This document shows, one piece after another, positions 1 to 5,233 of a DNA stretch of 5,282 nucleotides (positions are counted from its first letter, which is position 1; the number at the start of each line of letters is the position of its first letter). The stretch covers positions 1 to 5,282 of the forward strand of contig JADFSZ010000124.1 of assembly GCA_022560555.1 (NCBI GenBank), written 5' to 3'. The position numbers and the translations under genes are program-made. This DNA is from PVC group bacterium. Lineage in GTDB: Bacteria; GCA-001730085; JADFSZ01. The notes under the pieces were generated by a model. It did not search any database. It had not been told where the DNA came from and was given only the letters and a program-made list of their open reading frames with translations.

Positions 1-1
1 G

Positions 2-175
2 TTGGTGGGGATTCTTTTGGATGAAAAGCCTCAGGCGATTGTTCAGGATAGGAGAACAAAAAGTACCTATTATGTGCATGAAGGGGATCGTGTGGATGAA
101 GTTGTTGTCGAAAGTATTCAGGAGGGAAGTGTAAAATTTTCGTATCAAGGGGAAACGTTTGAATTGCGTATTTGA
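2..175 (+). CDS. 3' end of an upstream gene (5' end lies outside the window): GspC/PilP-like protein ending in a secretin-interacting HR-type beta domain
   Basis: The frame is open from the window edge to TGA at 173-175. Translation: LVGILLDEKPQAIVQDRRTKSTYYVHEGDRVDEVVVESIQEGSVKFSYQGETFELRI*. The pattern G-I-L...AIV.....Y.V.EGD.V...V.SI....V.F...G..F.L resembles the homology-region domain of GspC and the C-terminal domain of PilP. Its position directly upstream of a secretin gene matches gspC-gspD or pilP-pilQ synteny. The call rests on recalled family patterns only, and the ORF is absent from the supplied ORF track because it has no start in the window. Confidence 0.5.
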   Translation: MVGILLDEKPQAIVQDRRTKSTYYVHEGDRVDEVVVESIQEGSVKFSYQGETFELRI

Positions 176-198
176 CACAATGAGTTTAATGATATAAG
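172..198 (+). promoter_or_regulatory. Candidate sigma70-type promoter: -35 TTGACA (172-177) and extended -10 TGATATAAG (190-198)
   Basis: A perfect TTGACA hexamer overlaps the stop codon of the upstream gene. TG-n-TATAAG matches the extended -10 consensus TGnTATAAT at 8 of 9 positions. The hexamers are 15 bp apart, shorter than the optimal 16-18 bp. It lies about 30 nt upstream of the secretin start. This is a motif match only. Confidence 0.3.
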
Positions 199-213
199 TG
201 AATTCCCGATAAA

Positions 214-220
214 GGGAGGG
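214..220 (+). promoter_or_regulatory. Shine-Dalgarno sequence of the secretin gene (GGGAGGG)
   Basis: AAAGGGAGGG at 211-220, with GGAGG at 215-219, sits 7 nt before ATG 227. Confidence 0.8.
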
Positions 221-226
221 TGCGAC

Positions 227-307
227 ATGACAAAAAAGAGTGTGGTTCTATGGATTCTCTTATGTTTGGGCACGGGATATTTGATTTTTGTGCCGATGGG
301 AGACGCA
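227..307 (+). other. Predicted Sec signal peptide of the secretin (residues 1-27, cleavage after G-D-A)
   Basis: There is a basic n-region (MTKK), a long hydrophobic core (SVVLWILLCLGTGYLIFV), then P-M-G-D-A|S-E with small residues at -3 and -1. The hydrophobic stretch is unusually long, so the cleavage position is uncertain. Confidence 0.55.
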
Positions 308-2209
308 TCAGAAACCGAACTTGAGATCCATCAGATTATCTCTGACCAAGTTGATCCCACGGTGCTGGCGGCTTCGAATGTGAAAAGAACGATTTGGAGA
401 AGAAAAGAAAGTCAAACGGGAACTCCCGATTTCCGTACAAGCACACCCGCGCAATTGGGCACAAGCCCATTTCCAACGATGGCGCCCACCAGGGCTCCCG
501 AAATAAGTGTTCAAGTTTCAGATGATCTCCAAGGTGAACATACAAAGATCAGCCTCGAAATTAAAGGGATGGATATTTTGGATGTGCTGAAACTTCTCGC
601 GAAAAAGAGCGGATTAAATATTGTCGCGGGACGAAATGTTCGAGGGAATGTAACTATTTTTCTGAAGGATGTTGAGATTTGGGACGCGTTGCTCATCATT
701 TTGGAGACATATGATCTGGCCTACGAACGCAAGAATGACATGATAAAGGTGATGACGGACGCGGATTACCAGCGGCTTCATGGCATGCCCTTTCATGATA
801 TCCGTCAGGTGGAATTTGTGACTCTTCTTTACGCGAAAGCCCCGGAAGTTTCGCAGGCATTGAATCTTATAAAAACGAAAATAGGAAAGATTATCATCGA
901 TGACAGAACGAATATGCTTGTCTTGATTGATGCTCCCGACGGCATTGAGGCTATGTTGACGGTTGTTGATGAAATTGATGTTCCTGTGACAACGAGAGTT
1001 TATGAATTAATTTATACAGATGTTTTAAAAATAGAAGAGAAAATAAGAGATATGCTGAGTCCGGCCGGAAAAATCACCATGGATATTTCCACAAACAAAT
1101 TGATTGTTACTGATTCGGCTATGCATGTTTCCCGGATGGATCAGCTTGTCAAAGAGTACGATTCACCCACAAAATTGATTACGCGTATATATCCTTTGAA
1201 TTATGCTGATTTTTCTGAGGTGGAAGGAAAAATATCCGAAATACTAACGAAAGATATTGGATGGATCATGTCAGATGAACGAACGAGCACAATCGCTGTT
1301 ACCGATCTTAAAGACAATATTGTTCGCATTGATGAACTCATTGAAGCCTTAGATCAGAGAGAAAAACAGGTGCTCATTGACGCGAAAATTGTTCAGGTTG
1401 AACTCAATGATGAGTTTGAGATGGGCATTAATTGGGAAACTCTTTTTGAAAATGAGTTTGGAGGATTGGAACTTAAGGATCTGTTTACCAGATCTCTTAC
1501 AACCGGGTTTTCGCTTGGGTTCGGCATAATAGATAGCGCGGGGGTTTTTGGCGCTATTGAAGTTTTGAAGACAATAGGAAAAACCCATATTTTGGCGTCG
1601 CCGAGAATTATGACGATTAACAATAAAACAGCGAGTATCCATGTTGGAACCGATGAGGCTTTTATCACGTCTGATGTGACCCAAAACGACAATACAACGA
1701 CCATTACACCTAATGTTGAATTTCAGCAAGTTGGGATCAAGCTGAGCGTTACACCGAGAATTAATAACGAAGATTACATTATCATGGAGATTAAACCGGA
1801 AGTCTCCTCCGTGTCGCGTGTCGTTGAGCTGTTTAACAGCAGCGGACAAAAAATATCCGAAGTCCCGATCGTAAAGGTCTCCGAAACAGAAACAACGGTC
1901 ATGGTCAAATCAGGAAGAACCGTGGTTATCGGGGGATTGATTGATGATTCCATTTCAAAAAACCAGAACAGTATCCCTGTTCTCGGCGCCATTCCCGTTC
2001 TAGGAATGTTTTTTCGAAATCGGTCGAATACACTCAAAAAAAGCGAACTGATTGTTTTTATCACCCCGACTATTATTCGTGATGAGGATGAGCTGGAGGC
2101 CTTTGTAGAATCAGAACACGAAAGAATGTTGCGGCTCAAAGAGCTTTTAGCACGAATAAACGAGTACAAAACTCTTAAGGAGAAAACAATCAGCGAGTTA
2201 ATGGAATAA
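227..2209 (+). CDS. gspD: Secretin, GspD/PilQ family outer-membrane channel (660 aa)
   Basis: Supplied ORF with a strong SD. It has an N-terminal hydrophobic signal (MTKKSVVLWILLCLGTGYLIFVPMGDA|SE). An N0-type domain spans about residues 107-175 (ISLEIKGMDILDVLKLLAKKSGLNIVAGRNVRGNVTIFLKDVEIWDALLIILETYDLAYERKNDMIKV). Three successive Secretin_N-like (N1-type) modules span about residues 194-253, 256-314 and 318-378. The C-terminal secretin domain carries hallmark motifs ILASPRIMTINNKTASIHVG, VIGGLI, IPVLGAIPVLGMFFRNRS and ELIVFITPTII. The symbol follows the operon order; a pilQ-type assignment is equally defensible. Confidence 0.9.
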   Translation: MTKKSVVLWILLCLGTGYLIFVPMGDASETELEIHQIISDQVDPTVLAASNVKRTIWRRKESQTGTPDFRTSTPAQLGTSPFPTMAPTRAPEISVQVSDDLQGEHTKISLEIKGMDILDVLKLLAKKSGLNIVAGRNVRGNVTIFLKDVEIWDALLIILETYDLAYERKNDMIKVMTDADYQRLHGMPFHDIRQVEFVTLLYAKAPEVSQALNLIKTKIGKIIIDDRTNMLVLIDAPDGIEAMLTVVDEIDVPVTTRVYELIYTDVLKIEEKIRDMLSPAGKITMDISTNKLIVTDSAMHVSRMDQLVKEYDSPTKLITRIYPLNYADFSEVEGKISEILTKDIGWIMSDERTSTIAVTDLKDNIVRIDELIEALDQREKQVLIDAKIVQVELNDEFEMGINWETLFENEFGGLELKDLFTRSLTTGFSLGFGIIDSAGVFGAIEVLKTIGKTHILASPRIMTINNKTASIHVGTDEAFITSDVTQNDNTTTITPNVEFQQVGIKLSVTPRINNEDYIIMEIKPEVSSVSRVVELFNSSGQKISEVPIVKVSETETTVMVKSGRTVVIGGLIDDSISKNQNSIPVLGAIPVLGMFFRNRSNTLKKSELIVFITPTIIRDEDELEAFVESEHERMLRLKELLARINEYKTLKEKTISELME

Positions 2210-2218
2210 TATTTGATC

Positions 2219-2223
2219 AGGAG
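2219..2223 (+). promoter_or_regulatory. Shine-Dalgarno sequence of the ATPase gene (AGGAG)
   Basis: AGGAG at 2219-2223 sits 5 nt before ATG 2229, inside the 19-nt gap after the secretin stop (TAA 2207-2209). Confidence 0.75.
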
Positions 2224-2228
2224 AACCT

Positions 2229-3944
2229 ATGGCAAGTGAACAACCGATACGATTGGGAGAACTTCTCGTTCAAAAAGAATTGATCACCTTAGATCAATTG
2301 GATACGGCCCTGAAGGAACAGAAACGCACAGGATCGTTCCTTGGGAGTGCTTTGATGCGCTTGGGTTTGATCCGTCCGGACAAACTTCTTCCCGTATTGT
2401 CCGATCAGCTCAACATTGAATATGTTAGTTTGAAGGGCTTGAATATTTCTCCTGAAGCCATTAAAAATGTGCCCGCGAAATTCGCGTATCATTATAAACT
2501 CATTCCGCTTTCATGGGATGGGGAAGAGTTAAAAATCGCGGTTACGGATCCCTACGATGTTCATACCTTGGATGATGTTGGCTTGTTGCTGAATTGCCGT
2601 GTCTTGCCTGTCTTGGGAGAAGAGTCGGACATAATGGATGCCTTAAAAAAGTATTATGGCGTGGGAGCGGAAACAGTGGAAGCCATGATGAGTGATGCCC
2701 CCGAGAAAGAGCACTCCTTGGATGAAAGCGTGATCGCGAAGACTGAAAACATTGATGATTTAGCCGCGGATGCCTCCGTGATTAAATTCGTCAATCAAAT
2801 CCTGCTTCAGGCTTATCAAGAAAGAGCGACAGATGTTCATATTGAGCCCTTCGGAGAACAGCTTCGCATTCGGTATCGCATAGACGGTGTTATGTATGAA
2901 ACTAGTGTTCCTCAATCGATTAAACATTTTCAATCCGCGATTATTTCCCGTATCAAAATCATGTCGAATCTCAATATATCCGAAAAACGATTGGCTCAGG
3001 ACGGGAGAACAAAGATCAAGATGGGGAATAAAGAGTTGGATTTACGTATTTCGATTATTCCGACAGCTTTTGGAGAAAGCGTGAATATTCGGCTTTTGTC
3101 CAGCCAAGACATGCTTATCAGTCTCACAAGTCTTGGATTGTCCGACCGGCATTTAAAAAGCCTGAATGAAAATATCGAAAAGCCCCATGGGATTATTCTT
3201 GTCACAGGTCCGACAGGGAGCGGAAAAAGCACAACCCTCTACGCGTGCCTCAAACAGTTGAACCAAACCACACGTAAAATCATCACGATCGAAGATCCGA
3301 TTGAATATCTGATGTCAGGGATAAGCCAAATCCAGGTTTTGCCGAAAATTGATTTAACATTTGCCCAAGGGCTTCGATCCATTTTGCGGCATGATCCGGA
3401 CATCATTATGGTAGGGGAAATCCGCGATTATGAAACGGCAGAAATCTCCATCCGTGCCGCTCTGACCGGTCATCTTGTGTTCAGTACGCTGCACACCAAT
3501 GATGCCCCGGGAGCCGTGGCCCGTTTGGTGGATATGGGAGTTGAGCCCTACCTTGTGGCTTCATCCGTCGAATGCATCATTGCTCAGCGTTTAGTTCGGG
3601 TGATATGTAAAGAGTGCAAACAAGAGGTTAAAATCGGTCGTGAGTTATTGGGCCAGCTCAGTTCGGAACATTCCGATGAGGAGATCACGATTTTTGAGGG
3701 GCGCGGCTGTGACGAATGTAAAAACACGGGATATTCGGGCCGGATTGCTATTCATGAATTTTTAGACGTTGGTGAAGATATCCGGGACCTTATTGTCAAA
3801 AGGAAACCGTCACATATGATCAGAAAAGTTGCCATTGATAGGGGGATGATGCCCATGAGGACGGACGGGTGGCAAAAAATTAAGAATGGGATTACAAGCG
3901 TTGAGGAAGTATTGCGTGTGACTCAGGAAGAAGGTGGAATTTAA
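2229..3944 (+). CDS. gspE: GspE/PilB-family hexameric secretion/pilus-assembly ATPase (571 aa)
   Basis: The N-terminus is T2SSE_N/MshEN-type (RLGELLVQKELITLDQLDTALKEQ ... NIEYVSL ... LKIAVTDPYD). Walker A is GPTGSGKST (nt 3207-3233). The Asp box is ITIEDPIEY. Walker B is DPDIIMVGEIRD (aspartate of the DIIMVGEIRD core at nt 3399). The His box is LTGHLVFSTLHTNDA. A tetracysteine Zn motif CKEC...CDEC (nt 3606-3719) is typical of assembly ATPases (GspE/PilB) rather than PilT-type retraction ATPases. Confidence 0.95.
   Translation: MASEQPIRLGELLVQKELITLDQLDTALKEQKRTGSFLGSALMRLGLIRPDKLLPVLSDQLNIEYVSLKGLNISPEAIKNVPAKFAYHYKLIPLSWDGEELKIAVTDPYDVHTLDDVGLLLNCRVLPVLGEESDIMDALKKYYGVGAETVEAMMSDAPEKEHSLDESVIAKTENIDDLAADASVIKFVNQILLQAYQERATDVHIEPFGEQLRIRYRIDGVMYETSVPQSIKHFQSAIISRIKIMSNLNISEKRLAQDGRTKIKMGNKELDLRISIIPTAFGESVNIRLLSSQDMLISLTSLGLSDRHLKSLNENIEKPHGIILVTGPTGSGKSTTLYACLKQLNQTTRKIITIEDPIEYLMSGISQIQVLPKIDLTFAQGLRSILRHDPDIIMVGEIRDYETAEISIRAALTGHLVFSTLHTNDAPGAVARLVDMGVEPYLVASSVECIIAQRLVRVICKECKQEVKIGRELLGQLSSEHSDEEITIFEGRGCDECKNTGYSGRIAIHEFLDVGEDIRDLIVKRKPSHMIRKVAIDRGMMPMRTDGWQKIKNGITSVEEVLRVTQEEGGI
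2250..2408 (+). other. Tandem MshEN-type putative c-di-GMP-binding motif (ATPase residues 8-60)
   Basis: Two 24-residue half-sites, RLGELLVQKELITLDQLDTALKEQ and FLGSALMRLGLIRPDKLLPVLSDQ, are separated by a 5-residue spacer (KRTGS). See the first finding for the position-by-position comparison. Confidence 0.5.
3931..3937 (+). promoter_or_regulatory. Shine-Dalgarno sequence of the platform gene (AAGGTGG), embedded in the 3' end of the ATPase gene
   Basis: AAGGTGG at 3931-3937 sits 8 nt before ATG 3946. The ATPase stop TAA is at 3942-3944, so stop and start are 1 nt apart, which suggests translational coupling. Confidence 0.7.
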
Positions 3945-3945
3945 A

Positions 3946-5160
3946 ATGGCAAAATATCGTTTTAAGGCCAAAAAGGGACCGGACGAGATTATTGAGGAAA
4001 CGATTGTCGCCGAAAATGAATCTGCTGTTTTAAACGAAATTTCAAAAAGGGGCTACTATCCCATTTCGATTGAGCTGGCCGATAAGAAACATGCTTCCCG
4101 GGAAATATTCAGGGGCCCTTCCAAGCGTGTCAAAATCGGGGATTTGGCTGTTTTTTCCAGACAGCTTTCGGATCTCTTGGGAGCGGGACTGCCTTTGTAT
4201 CGGGCTTTGTCGATATTGGAGGAACAAACGAGTCATCCGGTTTTAAAGAATGTTTTGTTATACATACGTGAGGATATCAAAGAGGGACAATCACTCTCAG
4301 ACGCGATTCGAAAACAAAAAAAATATTTTCCGCCTATATTTGTAAATATGATTCATGCGGGTGAAGTCGGAGGATTTTTGGAATCTGTTTTGGATGATTT
4401 AGCCTCATTTTGCGAGAAAGAGCAAGAAGTGAGAGAAAAAATCAAATCCGCGCTTGTTTATCCGTGTTTGATGGCTGTTGTTGGCGTCCTTTCAATTGTC
4501 GTGATGATGACGCTCGTTATTCCTAAACTAATGGTGATGTTTGACGAAACAGGGCAAAAACTTCCTCTTGTTACACAAGTACTGATTGATATAAGCTCTT
4601 ACATGCAGAATTATTGGTGGCATGTTTTGATTGCCGTGGTTGTTGGCGTTCTTGTGTTCAAAAGGGTGACGCATACCGAAGAGGGACGTTTTGCCCGGGA
4701 TCGTATAAAGCTTCAATTGCCGATCTTTGGCGATCTTATCCAAAAAACGGAATTATCCCGCTTTACAAGAACATTGGGAGCCCTTTTGAAAAACGGGGTT
4801 CCGATGCTTCAATCTCTCGAGGTCGTTGTTGATAATATTTCGAACAATGTGCTCAAAGTCGAACTCAAAAAAGCTTCCGAAGAAATCAAACGCGGCGGAA
4901 ATCTTGGGAGCGTTCTTAAGCAAAGCCGGTTTTTCCCTCCTCTTTTAACCAATATGCTGGTCGTTGGAGAAGAGAGCGGAACCATTGAGCAAGCACTGAA
5001 CAAGGTGTCGATAACGTATGATCGTGAAGTGGATCGGGCCGTAAAGAACTTTACGGCTCTTTTGGAGCCGATTATGATTCTAACCATGGGTTCATTGGTC
5101 CTTTTTATTGTTGTAGCGATGATGCTCCCGATATTCCAAATGAATTCCATGTTGGGATAG
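3946..5160 (+). CDS. gspF: GspF/PilC-family inner-membrane platform protein (about 404 aa from ATG 3946)
   Basis: The ORF track opens this frame at GTG 3934. I prefer ATG 3946 (MAKYRFKAKKG...) because the SD is correctly spaced for it and the resulting N-terminus has the usual M-x-x-F/Y-x-Y/F-x-A pattern. There are two internally duplicated T2SSF modules, with paired motifs MIHAGEVGGFLESVLDDL and LVVGEESGTIEQALNKV. Three hydrophobic TM segments are present: ALVYPCLMAVVGVLSIVVMMTLVIP, YWWHVLIAVVVGVLVF and LLEPIMILTMGSLVLFIVVAMMLPIF. Stop is TAG 5158-5160. Confidence 0.93.
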   Translation: MAKYRFKAKKGPDEIIEETIVAENESAVLNEISKRGYYPISIELADKKHASREIFRGPSKRVKIGDLAVFSRQLSDLLGAGLPLYRALSILEEQTSHPVLKNVLLYIREDIKEGQSLSDAIRKQKKYFPPIFVNMIHAGEVGGFLESVLDDLASFCEKEQEVREKIKSALVYPCLMAVVGVLSIVVMMTLVIPKLMVMFDETGQKLPLVTQVLIDISSYMQNYWWHVLIAVVVGVLVFKRVTHTEEGRFARDRIKLQLPIFGDLIQKTELSRFTRTLGALLKNGVPMLQSLEVVVDNISNNVLKVELKKASEEIKRGGNLGSVLKQSRFFPPLLTNMLVVGEESGTIEQALNKVSITYDREVDRAVKNFTALLEPIMILTMGSLVLFIVVAMMLPIFQMNSMLG

Positions 5161-5223
5161 AAATGAGCGGTTTTGATATATGTTACATAGCAAAAAAGAA
5201 ACGATCAAAAAGTTTATTCAAAA

Positions 5224-5229
5224 GGGAGG
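5224..5229 (+). promoter_or_regulatory. Shine-Dalgarno sequence of the (pseudo)pilin gene (GGGAGG)
   Basis: AAAGGGAGG at 5221-5229 is identical to the 9-mer ahead of the secretin gene (211-219). It sits 4 nt before ATG 5234. Confidence 0.75.
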
Positions 5230-5233
5230 CATT

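Noticed and set aside
254-265. Possible lipobox (I-L-L-C, Cys13) that would make this a self-piloting lipo-secretin
   Set aside because: Leu at -1 and -2 violates the usual L-[ASTVI]-[GAS]-C lipobox. The hydrophobic stretch continues for another 10 residues after the Cys. A type I cleavage site (G-D-A|S) follows. A Sec or signal peptidase I signal is therefore more likely, and a dedicated lipoprotein predictor would settle it.
308-796. Four short minus-strand ORFs (60-69 aa) antisense to the 5' part of the secretin gene
   Set aside because: They overlap one another and the secretin frame. Their compositions are Arg/Ser/Phe-rich and not protein-like, and none has an SD.
1349-2169. Long minus-strand ORFs (1349..1849, 166 aa; 1393..1704, 103 aa; 1774..2169, 131 aa) antisense to the secretin gene
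   Set aside because: They lie entirely inside a plus-strand gene with unmistakable secretin motifs. Their translations are low-complexity (Ser/Asn/Ile/Phe-rich) with no recognisable motifs, SD or domain pattern. They are typical shadow ORFs of an AT-leaning coding region.
2289-3232. Small ORFs inside the ATPase gene (2289..2492 -, 2887..3084 +, 2996..3232 -)
   Set aside because: They are out-of-frame or antisense to a gene that carries Walker A, Walker B, Asp-box and His-box motifs in the annotated frame, and they have no independent support.
4316-4323. A homopolymeric A8 tract inside the platform gene (plus A7 at 2036..2042 in the secretin gene) as a possible slipped-strand phase-variation switch
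   Set aside because: The tracts encode Lys-rich stretches (KQKKY, LKKS) in an AT-leaning genome. They are shorter than tracts usually shown to phase-vary, and the reading frames are intact. No population data are available to show length variation.
4809-5150. A 113-aa minus-strand ORF antisense to the 3' half of the platform gene, plus smaller ORFs at 4042..4236, 4528..4743 (-) and 4614..4832 (+)
   Set aside because: The same reasoning applies. They overlap the well-supported GspF/PilC frame and show no start context or protein-family signature.
5165-5190. A sigma54 (-24 GG / -12 GC) promoter upstream of the pilin gene, as seen for many pilA genes
   Set aside because: GG at 5169-5170 is followed 10 nt later by TG, not GC. 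No TGGCAC or TTGC elements are present, so the match is too poor.
5161-5200. A rho-independent terminator after the platform gene
   Set aside because: There is no GC-rich inverted repeat. The T-run at 5171-5174 is not preceded by a stem. The only palindrome (5179..5189) has 5-bp AT-rich arms and a 1-nt centre, which cannot form a stable hairpin.
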